The notes: generated from the sequence alone by a model not told the origin. 54,574 nucleotides of DNA from Deltaproteobacteria bacterium (GCA_032128375.1 JAQBGU010000037.1:1-54574); one strand, 5' to 3'; shown: positions 1 through 9,761, numbered from the stretch's first letter. Translations and numbers: made by a program.

Positions 1-59
1 GGGTAGTAGGGCGTAGTAGGGTAGTAGGGCGTAGTAGGGTAGTAGGGTAGTAGGGTAGT
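1..59. repeat. Short tandem repeat (GGGTAGTA / GGGCGTAGTA units), about 7 copies, runs off the window edge
   Basis: Directly visible 8/10-nt units downstream of the AFOR stop. Confidence 0.9.
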
Positions 60-141
60 CGGGCGGTGGCCGGACGCTGGAATCATGGGCTGCAGCGTTC
101 CGCGTCGGATTCGAACGCGTTCGCGAATCTGACGGCGCCGC

Positions 142-1869
142 TCAGCCGGACCCGACGAAGGTGTATAGCTCGTCGCCCACTGGGATTCGCTGATAGACCG
201 CTTGGATCGTCTCATCCGGGACGTCGAAGACGACCTGGTTTGGCCCGAGACCCTCGGTGGCCATCCAAGCCGGCAAGTGGTCGTCGGCAGCCGTAAAACC
301 GGCGCGTCGGTTGAACTCCCACTCGTCTGCGAGGATCTGCCACGCCATGTCACCGATCAGTTCACGGGGTACTTCGATTCCGTAGAGCGCAGCGTAGAGC
401 TCGCGCAGGTCGTCGAGGTGCACACCGAGAAACAGACAGCAACCCGAGGAATCTCCCGCCGCAACGACGAGCTGCATCATTTGCGATGTGACCGCGAGCT
501 TGTCCGGAGCGATCGACGGATCCAGGATCAATCCCGCGGTGTGATCCGCTCCTTGGGGGCTGGTCGCGTAGGTGACACCGGTTGCGTTGAGCGAACGCGG
601 CTCCCAGGCCGCGATCGCCTGGCCTTTGACGACCGGGATTCGGTCGTGACCGATCGCTTCGCCGGTCGATGCGGCTCCGTTGCCGATCATCTTGCCGAGC
701 TGCGAGCCGGACGCAATCTCGTCGAATAGCTTCTTCATGCCGGCGAGATCGCCGTATTCCATCTCGCCCTTGTCCATGTAGACACCGATGGCGGCGCCGG
801 TCTCGATGGTGTCGAGCCCGATGTCATCACACAGCCGGTCGAGGTCGGCGACATCGTCCCAGGTCTTGATGCCGCAATTCGAGCCGAGCAGTGCCAACGT
901 TTCGAATTCGAGCGCCGAGGTCTTGTATTCGCCGTCGGCTCCGTGCACGCGATTGCTGCACTGCACGATGCAACCGGTCATGCAGTTGTGCATGCCGCCA
1001 CCGCGACTCTCGAAACTCTCGGCGATACCGGTCCCATCGAGGTCCGCCGCGTAGTCGGCCTGACCGGCTCGGCGGTTATTCGTTGGCAGTGACACGAGCA
1101 GGTTTGCGACGTTGACAAACGAACTCGTACCAATCTCGAACACGTTGGGTTGCGACTTCCATTGCTTGGTGAAGCCTTTGATCTTCTGGCTGAATGCCTT
1201 GGCGTCGCCGGCCTTCCTCACGCCCGCGCTGCCGGGCTCGATCGCGACGAACTTCAGCCCCTTCGAACCCATCACACCGCCTACACCACCGCGGGCCGCG
1301 TGCCGGGTGGGGAGCCGCGGTTCGCGGTCCGTGCACGCGATCGACGCCCCCTTCAGGCCCAGCTCGCCCGCCGGGCCGATCACGATGAATGAGGCTTTGC
1401 TCGAGTATTCGGTGCAGAGTCCCTCGCAAAGTGCGTAGTTCCACTGGCCGGCTCGGTCGTTCGCGTCGACGATACGCGCGCCTTGCGGGTCGATGGCCAG
1501 GCCGTAGCGGCGGCTTCTATCCTCGGGCTGGCCCGTCACACAGATGGCGCGAATGCCGAGCTTCATCAGGTGCTGGCCGGGTTCGCCGCCGGCGTTCGCT
1601 TCCTTCACGCCACCGGTGAGCGGGCTCTTGCACCCAAACGAAATCCGGCCCGACGTGGGAACCGCGGTGCCCGAAAGGACTCCGGGCGCCATGATCAGCA
1701 GATTGTCGGGGCCGAGCGGATCACAGGTCGGATCGCAACGCTCGAGCAACACGCGCGCCACCAGCGAGCGGCCCCCGAGCAGGTTCCAATCCACGGGGTA
1801 GTCCTCGAACCAGACCCGCTGGGTCGTCATGTCCACATGCAGGATACGGTCGCCCGTCGGTCCGGCCAT
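142..1869 (-). CDS. Aldehyde:ferredoxin oxidoreductase family protein (W/Mo-bis-pyranopterin AFOR)
   Basis: Motifs KSPLTGGVKEANAGG, ARGGVGGVMGSKGLK, CMTGCIVQC (Fe-S), EFET, DDIGLDTI, GADH; GGAGG RBS upstream of ATG. Confidence 0.92.
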   Translation of the reverse strand: MAGPTGDRILHVDMTTQRVWFEDYPVDWNLLGGRSLVARVLLERCDPTCDPLGPDNLLIMAPGVLSGTAVPTSGRISFGCKSPLTGGVKEANAGGEPGQHLMKLGIRAICVTGQPEDRSRRYGLAIDPQGARIVDANDRAGQWNYALCEGLCTEYSSKASFIVIGPAGELGLKGASIACTDREPRLPTRHAARGGVGGVMGSKGLKFVAIEPGSAGVRKAGDAKAFSQKIKGFTKQWKSQPNVFEIGTSSFVNVANLLVSLPTNNRRAGQADYAADLDGTGIAESFESRGGGMHNCMTGCIVQCSNRVHGADGEYKTSALEFETLALLGSNCGIKTWDDVADLDRLCDDIGLDTIETGAAIGVYMDKGEMEYGDLAGMKKLFDEIASGSQLGKMIGNGAASTGEAIGHDRIPVVKGQAIAAWEPRSLNATGVTYATSPQGADHTAGLILDPSIAPDKLAVTSQMMQLVVAAGDSSGCCLFLGVHLDDLRELYAALYGIEVPRELIGDMAWQILADEWEFNRRAGFTAADDHLPAWMATEGLGPNQVVFDVPDETIQAVYQRIPVGDELYTFVGSG

Positions 1870-2168
1870 TTGGTGGCCTCCTGGTCTTGTGTTTTGCGTT
1901 TCGCGTTTCGTGTTGGCTCGAGTTCGCGGCGCGCTTGGATGTCCGGCGCCACTCTACCCGCCGTCCGTGGTCAGTGTCCACGCCGGCGAGCATGGAGTGG
2001 CCCTCGAAAGGCTGAATGTGTTGGAAATCGGACGATTCGTATCTGCACCGTGTGCTCGCGGCGTCCCACGGTTCCCGGACGAGCTGTGCCGCGAGTATGC
2101 GGGCCGGCTCGGCACGGTAGCGGTATCCTGCTGCCCCGATTCGCAACTGGCTTGTTTTTGGAGATCCA

Positions 2169-3638
2169 GTGGACCCCGCGCGCACCCCCGTCATCTTGGC
2201 GGCCGGCCATTCCATCGCAAGAGAAGAAGTCGTCGATGTGATCGAACTCGCCGCGCGTGCGTCGCAAAGCGCACTTGCAGCCGCCAGCGGTCTGCGTGAC
2301 AAGATCCAGCGGCTCAGCATGGTCTCCGTGGTGTTCTCGCCGGTCTCGGCCAACCCAGCGACCCAGCTGGCCGAGCGGCTCGGGCTGAAAGACGTAGACC
2401 GGGAGGTCACGACGCCGGGCGGGAACCTGCCGCAATGGCTCGTAACGCGCGCTGCGGCGCAGATCGCGGCGGGCCAGCTCGACGTCACGTTGATCGCTGG
2501 AGCGGAGGCCACGCGCTCGATGCGCGCCGTGGATCCGAGTGCAGCCATCATGAAAAACCGAAGCAACCCGGGTGACGCGAACCCGGACCCGGTCGTCGGT
2601 CCGTCGATCAGCGGCACACTGGGAGAAGTCGAACTCGCGGTGCGCTTGTACAAACCTACTGAAGTGTACCCACTGTTCGAGAGCGCACTCGCGCACGCCG
2701 AAGGGCGCAGTTTCGCTGAACAACGCGAGTTTCTGGGGCCGCTGATGTCACGCTTTTCGCAGGTGGCGGCCGATCACCCCTTCGCGTGGTTCGGCGACGC
2801 ACAGACCGCTCAGCAGATCAGCGAGGTGAGCGCCACGAACAGACTGGTCGCAGAGCCATACCCGAAGAGGATGAACGCGTTTCCCAATGTCGATCAGGGC
2901 TGCGCGGTGGTTGTGGCCTCGCTGGCGGTTGCGCGCGAGTTGGGGTTGGAAGATCGCTGTGTGTTTGTCTGGTCGGGCGCCAACAACACCGAGCCCACGC
3001 CGGCCACGCGGCCGAACCTCGCGGACGCTCCGGCGATGCGCGTCGCGAGTGCGGCTGCGCTCGAAGCGGCGGGTATCGTTGCCGACGATCTGGGTCTGAT
3101 CGATCTGTACTCCTGTTTTCCGATCGCAGTCGAGATCGCCGCGAAGGGGCTGGGAATCGAACTCGATGACCCACGCGGACTGACACTCACCGGCGGGTTG
3201 CCCTTTTTCGGCGGTCCGGGCAACAACTACTCGATGCACGCAATCGCGACGCTGTTCGAGCGGCTGCCAGAGCGTGGTGGGCTTGGATACATCGGAGCCA
3301 ATGGCGGATTGTTATCCAAACACGCGATCGGCGTCTACGGCGCCGAGCCCCCGCCCGCCGGATTCGTGCAGGCCGACACCACGCGGCAACAAGCCGAAAT
3401 CGATGCGTCGGCGATCACCGCGGTACTGGATGGCAGCGGCGATGCGACGGTCGTGGCGTCAACGGTGGTCTATGAGCGCGACGGTGCCCGCAGCGCGGTC
3501 CCGGTGATCGCAACGCTCGATGATGGTCGTCGCGTGGTCGCGAAGGCCGATGCGGCGACGCTCGCGAAGCTTCCCAGCACCAGCCTGATCGGCGAGCGCA
3601 TCCGAGTATCGGGCTCGCCGTGTAGTTTCGAGGTCTGA
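2169..3638 (+). CDS. Thiolase-superfamily protein (acetyl-CoA acetyltransferase-like) with C-terminal extension
   Basis: GGNLPQ, AGAEA, NVDQG, DLYSCFP, LTLTGGLPFFGGPGNNYSMH motifs; GTG start after GGAG. Confidence 0.85.
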   Translation: MDPARTPVILAAGHSIAREEVVDVIELAARASQSALAAASGLRDKIQRLSMVSVVFSPVSANPATQLAERLGLKDVDREVTTPGGNLPQWLVTRAAAQIAAGQLDVTLIAGAEATRSMRAVDPSAAIMKNRSNPGDANPDPVVGPSISGTLGEVELAVRLYKPTEVYPLFESALAHAEGRSFAEQREFLGPLMSRFSQVAADHPFAWFGDAQTAQQISEVSATNRLVAEPYPKRMNAFPNVDQGCAVVVASLAVARELGLEDRCVFVWSGANNTEPTPATRPNLADAPAMRVASAAALEAAGIVADDLGLIDLYSCFPIAVEIAAKGLGIELDDPRGLTLTGGLPFFGGPGNNYSMHAIATLFERLPERGGLGYIGANGGLLSKHAIGVYGAEPPPAGFVQADTTRQQAEIDASAITAVLDGSGDATVVASTVVYERDGARSAVPVIATLDDGRRVVAKADAATLAKLPSTSLIGERIRVSGSPCSFEV

Positions 3639-3661
3639 CCGTCTCACCCTCGGCACCCAAC

Positions 3662-3723
3662 CACCATCAGCGCACACCACAGCGCACACCACAGCGCACA
3701 CCATCAGCGCACACCGCAGCGCG
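3662..3723. repeat. Tandem repeat CACCA(T)CAGCGCA, 5 copies of 12-13 bp
   Basis: Directly visible between convergent genes. Confidence 0.9.
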
Positions 3724-3812
3724 CCGTCAACGCCCGGCGTCAGCCGAGATCGCCTGCCCAGACCGCAGATTCACACGTCCCGACCCAACCCACACACCGA
3801 CGCGTGATCTTT

Positions 3813-4328
3813 CTAGCGTGTGAGTATTTCGGCGGTCGACCCGCTGGCCGGCTCCGCGTCCGAGGTGATCGCAACGAACTCGCTGGTGCCATCCGCGCTG
3901 GCCGTGCGTGCAATTTCCGCGGCCTGATGCAGTTTACCGCGGTTCATGCCCGGGCATTCCTCTGCTTCTTCGCTCCAACGGTCTGGTGTCTCCACGACTC
4001 CGTGCCAAAACGGCCAGGTCCGACATTGACGCGGTCGCTGTTCGTAGACCGTGCAACCCCGCTTTCGATCGAAGAACACGCACTCCTGGTTGCGCTTTTC
4101 GCGCAGGCTGATACCGCCCTTGCGCAGAGGTCGCGTGTATACCGCCCGAAACTCGTCGACACCGAGTGAGACATGTCGAGCCAGCGCTTCGATTTCGGAA
4201 TCGCTGACCCGCACCGTGCCCGGGGTTCCCGAGCAACAATTGCCGCAGCGCGTGCACTCGAACCGGAGTCCGTCTCGGTACCACGGGGTCTGGGTATCAA
4301 CGCTGTCGATTTCGCGCTCTTCTTTCAC
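3813..4328 (-). CDS. YkgJ-family cysteine-cluster (Zn/Fe-chelating) protein
   Basis: WYxDGLRFECTRCGNCC, ECVFF, GCTVYEQRPRQCRTWPFW, CPG; start uncertain (GTG 4328 chosen). Confidence 0.88.
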   Translation of the reverse strand: MKEEREIDSVDTQTPWYRDGLRFECTRCGNCCSGTPGTVRVSDSEIEALARHVSLGVDEFRAVYTRPLRKGGISLREKRNQECVFFDRKRGCTVYEQRPRQCRTWPFWHGVVETPDRWSEEAEECPGMNRGKLHQAAEIARTASADGTSEFVAITSDAEPASGSTAEILTR

Positions 4329-4455
4329 GCCCGCGAGTTTGCCTGCAAGAGCGGGATTGCGAAAGCCCGGGTCCAGAATCGGCATTCGGTGTCTCGACCA
4401 CGCGTCAGAACCTGCCGTGTTATCGTCGGCGGTTCGGACCGGGCGAGGAGAAGCC

Positions 4456-5613
4456 ATGCGACGGGGTGCCGCAGTAGCAGGGGTCGGAGAGTCGGCGTAC
4501 TACGTACGCGGCCGGTCTCCCGACAGCGAATTCAAGCTGTGTATTGCGGCGATTCGGGCGGCTGTAGCCGATGCGGGTCTGGAACTCGCGGACATCGACG
4601 GGTTCGTGTCGTATATGGACCAGCGCAACGACCCGCTGCGGCTGGCTCACACGCTGGGGATCCGCGAGCTTCGCTGGGCGGCACAGACCTGGGCGGGCGG
4701 GGGCAACAACGCGGCCGCAGCGGTACAGATTGCAGATGCCGCCGTGTGCGCGGGGTACGCGAAACATGTGGTCGTGTTTCGCGCGCTGGCACAGGGACAA
4801 TTCGGCCGTTTCGGCCAGGCCCGGGGGGCCGCTCTACCCGGCGACATGGCATGGAAGGCACCCTACGGGCTGCTCTCTCCGGCACAGGAGTGCGCACTTC
4901 ACACGGCCCGTTTCATGCACGATTACGGTATCTCGCAAGAGGCACTGTGTGACATCTCGATGGCCTGTTATGCGAACGCGCAGCGCAATCCGCGGGCGAC
5001 CCGCTATGGCAAGCCACTCACCCGGGAGAAGTATCACGCGTCGCGCTGGATCGTCGAGCCGTTTCACCTCTACGATTGCTGTCCGGAAAACGACGGGGCG
5101 GCTGCTCTGGTGTTGACGACGCTGGAACGCGCTCGTGACCTGAAGAGCGGAGCGGTGCCCATCCTGTCCGCCGCGCAAGGGCTCGGTCCGAAGTACGGAT
5201 CGCCGGCATTTCAGCCACGCTGGCTGGGGAAGATGTTCTACCAGAACGTGGGTGAGGCGATCTGGGAAAGGGCAGGGGTGCGGCCGAGCGATGTCGATGT
5301 CGTACAGATGTATGAAAACTTCACCGGACCGGTCTTGATCGCGTTGTGCGAGATGGGGTTTTGCGAACCCGGCGATGTCGAAGCGTTCGTCGCCGACGGC
5401 GCGCTGGTCGGACCAGACGCGCGCTTCCCATTCAATACCAGCGGCGGAAACATCGGAGAGGCTTACATCCACGGCTTCGAGTTGGTGGTCGAAGCCGTGC
5501 GCCAGGTGCGCGGTGACTCGACGTGCCAGGTCACTGACGTGTCGACCTCGCTGGCGGTGGCCGGCCCCGGCTATGCGCCCGGGAGTGCCATCTTGTTTGG
5601 CAAGGATGCGTAG
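4456..5613 (+). CDS. SCP-x/Ltp2-like thiolase-fold protein (probable aldolase)
   Basis: AVAGVGES, LYDCCPENDGA, YENFT, NTSGGNIGEAYIHG, EAVRQVRG; GAGGAG RBS before ATG 4456. Confidence 0.88.
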   Translation: MRRGAAVAGVGESAYYVRGRSPDSEFKLCIAAIRAAVADAGLELADIDGFVSYMDQRNDPLRLAHTLGIRELRWAAQTWAGGGNNAAAAVQIADAAVCAGYAKHVVVFRALAQGQFGRFGQARGAALPGDMAWKAPYGLLSPAQECALHTARFMHDYGISQEALCDISMACYANAQRNPRATRYGKPLTREKYHASRWIVEPFHLYDCCPENDGAAALVLTTLERARDLKSGAVPILSAAQGLGPKYGSPAFQPRWLGKMFYQNVGEAIWERAGVRPSDVDVVQMYENFTGPVLIALCEMGFCEPGDVEAFVADGALVGPDARFPFNTSGGNIGEAYIHGFELVVEAVRQVRGDSTCQVTDVSTSLAVAGPGYAPGSAILFGKDA

Positions 5614-5662
5614 CGGTGCGCGGTGATGTACCGGGAATCAAATCGGAGTGAGAAGTGAATCG

Positions 5663-6103
5663 ATGACGATCAGAACCACACGTACCCTGGGTGAATCGGC
5701 GCTGCTGCCGGTGTTGGACCCGCTGAACCGCGAGTGGTTCACGCGCGGAGTGATCACGATCCAGCGCTGTTCCGATTGTGAGGCGCTCCAGCATCCGCCC
5801 GACGAGCATTGCGGCGCGTGTCAGGGGTCCGATTTGCACTGGCGCGAATGTGCGGGTGGAGGTCGCGTGGAGAGCGTCGCAGTGGTCCACCAGGCCGTGC
5901 ATCCGGCATTCAAAATATCGGTTCCGTACGCGGTCGTCGTCGTTTCACTCGACGATGCGCCCGGCATCAACGCGATTGGTAACGTCGTCAATTGCGATCC
6001 CCAAGACATCGAAATCGGCCAGCGCGTCCGTGCCGTATTCGAAGAGATCGAGCCGACCGACGATCGCGAACGAATGCTCGTCCCGCAGTGGGAGGTCGTG
6101 TAG
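5663..6103 (+). CDS. DUF35 Zn-ribbon/OB-fold protein (thiolase/aldolase partner)
   Basis: IQRCSDC...HPP...CGAC zinc ribbon, VPYAVVVVSL, IEIGQRVRAVF; directly downstream of the thiolase-fold gene. Confidence 0.9.
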   Translation: MTIRTTRTLGESALLPVLDPLNREWFTRGVITIQRCSDCEALQHPPDEHCGACQGSDLHWRECAGGGRVESVAVVHQAVHPAFKISVPYAVVVVSLDDAPGINAIGNVVNCDPQDIEIGQRVRAVFEEIEPTDDRERMLVPQWEVV

Positions 6104-6196
6104 TACCGAAACAGTACCGAAACAGTACCGAGAGAGTACCGAGAGAGCACCGAGAGAGCACCGAAAGAGCACCGAAACAGCACCGAAACAGTACCG
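6102..6196. repeat. 11-bp tandem repeat AG(T/C)ACCGA(A/G)A(C/G), about 8.6 copies
   Basis: Units start at 6102, 6113, 6124, 6135, 6146, 6157, 6168, 6179 and 6190. Confidence 0.95.
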
Positions 6197-6225
6197 GCAC
6201 CATTCGGGATCGGTGTAGAGCCCGA

Positions 6226-7014
6226 CTATTTCAAGCCCATCATGTCCGTGATGCCGACCCAATGGCCGGCGGTGAACCCACCGTCGACAGCGAGCGACTG
6301 GCCGCTGACAAAAGACGCATCGTCGGACGCCAGGAAGAACGCGGCTCCAGCAATTTCTTCCGGTCGACCGAATCGACCCAGCTTGTGCTGCGCTCGAATG
6401 CGATCCTTGATTTCCGCGAAGCCTTCGGCATTCATCACCGAAGCGAACATCGGTGTCTCGATGAAGCCCGGACAGATCGCATTTGCGCGGATCCCCATGC
6501 GTCCGTAGTCGAGCGCCAGGTTTTTGGTCAGGATGACCACGCCGCCCTTCGACGCGTTGTAGGTGCTGGCCCCTTCGCCCCCCTCGAGTCCTTCGATGCT
6601 CGCGATCGTGATGATGCTGCCGGAACGCTGCTCCATCATCGTCGGAAGTACCGCTTTGGCGGACAGGAACGTCCCCTTCAGGTTCACGTCCTGCACGTGT
6701 TGCCATGCCTCGAGCGAAAGCAGATGGACCGGACCGCCGCCGGCGACACCGGCTGCGGTGACCAGAATGTCGATCCGACCAAACGCTGCGACGGCAGCGG
6801 CGACCATCGCCTGCTGGGCCGCTTCGTCGCGAACGTCGACTTCGTGAAACTGTGACCCCTTGGCGGCAGTGGCAACGGCGTCCCAGTCTGCACACACAGC
6901 CAGATCGCTTCCGACCACCGCTGCACCCTCCTGCGCGTAGCGCTTTGCGCATGCGAAGCCGATCCCGGATGCGGCGCCGGTTACGATTGCGACTTTCCCT
7001 TCCAACCTGCCCAT
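6226..7014 (-). CDS. SDR family NAD(P)-dependent oxidoreductase
   Basis: TGAASGIG, YNASK, ICPGFIET, LAVDGG; ATG 7014 preceded by GGAG. Confidence 0.93.
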   Translation of the reverse strand: MGRLEGKVAIVTGAASGIGFACAKRYAQEGAAVVGSDLAVCADWDAVATAAKGSQFHEVDVRDEAAQQAMVAAAVAAFGRIDILVTAAGVAGGGPVHLLSLEAWQHVQDVNLKGTFLSAKAVLPTMMEQRSGSIITIASIEGLEGGEGASTYNASKGGVVILTKNLALDYGRMGIRANAICPGFIETPMFASVMNAEGFAEIKDRIRAQHKLGRFGRPEEIAGAAFFLASDDASFVSGQSLAVDGGFTAGHWVGITDMMGLK

Positions 7015-7385
7015 GGGTTTCTCCGTGAGAGTGATTCGAGTGCCCACGATACCGGACGCGAGGTCGACTGGCGGGCCGAACCGCTCTGGAAATATCTGCT
7101 ATGGCACCCCCTTTTGCGCCGATCGGCCGATGCGTCGCAGGTTATTCGCCAATTCTGCGCTGAGGCGGCAGGGCGCCGCGTGGGTGGCAGAAGATCGCCT
7201 CCACATCTCCAGTCGGTACGCACGGATGGGTCGAGCGGTGGCTACCCAACACCAGCGATAGGCTGCACAACGATGATGAGCGAACAGCAGCAGTAAGGTC
7301 AAACCGCATCGAGCGAGGATCTCATGGGCACCGAAGACGCGCGAGGAGCTGATCGGTGTCGGGCAGCGGGCGCATTCAGTGCCGC

Positions 7386-7811
7386 TCAGTTCCTGATGAA
7401 CCCGGGAATGTCTCCGGGCTCCGGGTCTAGGCACTCGAGCAGACGCCGAGGTGTATCCAGATGGATATCCCGTCTCCGGATCACGTTCTCCTGAAGAGGT
7501 GCCCGGCTGCCTCCGCGCACTACCACACCAATCGGCGTGCGGCAGAGGACCTCGATGACCCCGACAGGAAAAGTCGGCGTTGGAATTCTCACCTGGTAGA
7601 ACCCGTTGCCGTCGGTGACGTCCTCTCCCAGCAAGAACGGTACAGGACCGACGGTAACGTTCTCGTAGATTACAACGACGGCTCCTTCGATGGGAACACC
7701 GCTTCGCTTATTGAAGACGTGGCCCTCGATATCCGCCGTCTGGGCGACGGCGCTGCCGGACCACAGGGTCGCGGCGCTGCAGATCAATACGATCATCCTG
7801 CGAAGACGCAT
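7386..7811 (-). CDS. Small secreted hypothetical protein (carboxypeptidase-regulatory/transthyretin-like beta-sandwich)
   Basis: Signal peptide ending AVA-Q; IEGHV..KRSGVPIEGAVV...TDGNGFY pattern; GAGGA RBS. Confidence 0.65.
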   Translation of the reverse strand: MRLRRMIVLICSAATLWSGSAVAQTADIEGHVFNKRSGVPIEGAVVVIYENVTVGPVPFLLGEDVTDGNGFYQVRIPTPTFPVGVIEVLCRTPIGVVVRGGSRAPLQENVIRRRDIHLDTPRRLLECLDPEPGDIPGFIRN

Positions 7812-8076
7812 GCGGATTCCTCTGTTCTCTAGGGCTTGGCTCCCCGAGTGTAGGCCGTGACTCGGATCCCGCTGCCCAACTCGTTCGTAGCCAACTGCCA
7901 GTGTCATCGAGATTATCCCGCCCCGTGCTGCCGGATACTGTTCCTTTGGGATGTGAGCTGTCAGCCAGAATCTCTCGTTGCGACCGGGAGCTGGGGAGTG
8001 GTGGTAGCTGACTTGTCGCGATGTGATACAAGCGCGACGGGCGCTGGATAACCGGAGCAACGCCGTGCTCGCCGTC

Positions 8077-9537
8077 CTACAGCTTCCGCTGGTAGAAGCG
8101 ATCGTCGACCGCCATCCGCGGGAAGTCGGGTGGAAGCTCGCCTGCATCGATGCGTTCGAAGCCGGATTTTTCGTAGAAGCGGTGTGCGGCGCGCAAGATC
8201 GAGAGCGTTCCGAGGGTGATCGAATCGATGCCTGTTGCGCGTGCGTGAACCGAGACCGCGTCGAGTAGGCGTCCGGCCAGCTGGGTACCGCGGTAGTCGC
8301 GCTGCACGAACATTTTGCGGATCGCACCCGCGTGTGGCGCGAAACGAATCATTCCGATCGTGCCCACCACGCGCGTTGCGTCGAGCGCCACGAAGAAGCA
8401 GCCCTGTTTCTGGTATGCGCGCGGGATATCGTCGAGATCGGGCTGGTCGGCGGCCGTGATCGGAATGCTGAACTCGCCCGCCTGAATGCCCAGAATCAAA
8501 TGGACGACCTGCGGTTGGTGAGCGGGCTCGAACGCCACGATCCGAACCGGTCCATCGAACGCAGCCTCGCGCCGGCCGCGGCTGTGTTCTGTGTCGAGTT
8601 CAATCTGCATCCACACGTCGGCTCGTTCGTGGACGAACGCCGCATTCGGGGATTGGCGAAATCCCAGGCGTTTATACAGCCGTAGCGCGGGGGCGAGGCC
8701 GCTGTGGGTCTCCAACACGACGCGGCTCGCTCCCAGCTGGCGTGCGCGGCGCAGAGCGACGCGTCCCAGATGAGCTCCGATCCCCGTGCCGCGGCTGTGC
8801 TCATCAACAGCCATTTTGACCAGCTCCATTTGACCGGCCCCTCGCGGCACCAAGCCGCAACAGCCGACGATTCGGCCGAGTTGGCGGGCCATCAAGACAG
8901 CCCCGCCCGGGTCGATGATCTCGCGCTGGGGATCGTCCAGGATCTTGCGATCGAGGGCGTCGACTGAAAACCAGCGCTCGAGCCAGGCCACGTTCAGCCG
9001 CGTGAAGTCGGTCTGGTGTTCGGGCTCGAAGTCGACGATTTCGAGCGGCACATCATTTCGCGTTCGCGTACGCGCCAGCACCCGGTCTGCGAGGCCTTGC
9101 TGGTCGAGAGCGCGCTCGAAGGCAGCGATGGCCGAAAGCAGGTCGTGCCCGGAGTCGTCGATCAAGGCTTGTGTGGCGGTCTCGAAATCGTTCCAGACCG
9201 GTCGCAGCGCCGGAAGCATCGCGCGCGCGGGCTCGGTCAAGCGCAGTCTGCGGCGTCGTTCGTCGCGCGGGTCTCGGGTCGACGACACCAGGCGCTTTCG
9301 CTGCAGCTCGCGGACCAGTTGGCTCACGGCCGCGTGGCTGACGCCGAGCGCATCGGCCGCCTCGCGGACGGACAGCGGCGAGCGGTAGCTCAGCAGGTAG
9401 AAGAGGGTGAACCAGCGCGGTTCGAAGTCGAAGGCCTGTTCGCGGTAGACGCGTGCGCCGTCTGGAAACATCCGATCGGTCAGCCTGCGCAGTCGGCTGC
9501 CGAGAGCGAGCGATCCCAGTGACTGAAGAGTATCCAT
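8077..9537 (-). CDS. MarR-type winged HTH fused to two GNAT acetyltransferase domains
   Basis: ALGSRLRRL, SHAAVSQ, DERRRRLRLT (MarR); KMAVDEHSRGTGIG and LYKRLGF (GNAT1); RKMFVQRDYRG and FYEKSGF (GNAT2). Confidence 0.88.
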   Translation of the reverse strand: MDTLQSLGSLALGSRLRRLTDRMFPDGARVYREQAFDFEPRWFTLFYLLSYRSPLSVREAADALGVSHAAVSQLVRELQRKRLVSSTRDPRDERRRRLRLTEPARAMLPALRPVWNDFETATQALIDDSGHDLLSAIAAFERALDQQGLADRVLARTRTRNDVPLEIVDFEPEHQTDFTRLNVAWLERWFSVDALDRKILDDPQREIIDPGGAVLMARQLGRIVGCCGLVPRGAGQMELVKMAVDEHSRGTGIGAHLGRVALRRARQLGASRVVLETHSGLAPALRLYKRLGFRQSPNAAFVHERADVWMQIELDTEHSRGRREAAFDGPVRIVAFEPAHQPQVVHLILGIQAGEFSIPITAADQPDLDDIPRAYQKQGCFFVALDATRVVGTIGMIRFAPHAGAIRKMFVQRDYRGTQLAGRLLDAVSVHARATGIDSITLGTLSILRAAHRFYEKSGFERIDAGELPPDFPRMAVDDRFYQRKL

Positions 9538-9605
9538 CGAGCCTCCGGCTTCGATTGCTTCCGATGTTTCTGATGCGGTTGATTTTCCGACTCTGCTTCT
9601 GGAAA

Positions 9606-9647
9606 TTCATGTAATAACTTACGCAATATATTATAGATTGACATGAA
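9606..9647. promoter_or_regulatory. AT-rich divergent control region: GTAA-N4-TTAC palindrome, minus-strand TATAAT, plus-strand TTGACA
   Basis: GTAATAACTTAC 9611-9622; ATTATA 9630-9635; TTGACA 9638-9643; flanking TTCATGT/ACATGAA. Matching partner hexamers are weak. Confidence 0.45.
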
Positions 9648-9761
9648 GACGCACACCCCGACGCTTGCGCGAGCCCTGGATCGCGCGGTGATGGCCGCAT
9701 GGCGACCCGCTGCCCGGCCCCTGTGATAGATTCACGCGACTGGAACCGAGGTATCACGCCC

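Noticed and set aside
1870..2168. Moco/Wco riboswitch upstream of the AFOR gene
   Set aside because: I could not find the conserved motifs by eye; a cmsearch would be needed.
4051..4455. Long N-terminal extensions in the ORF track (thiolase 4051; also 7812-8327, 19140-19292, 33190-33342, 40381-40515, 48433-48597)
   Set aside because: They overlap other genes or RNA elements, and downstream starts have RBSs and match family N-termini.
6102..6196. Possible CRISPR array
   Set aside because: 11-bp head-to-tail units with no unique spacers and no cas genes; the same applies to the other arrays.
7050..7385. Possible small gene or ncRNA between the SDR and the secreted protein
   Set aside because: Only short ORFs without motifs or clear RBS; may be a decayed remnant but cannot be supported.
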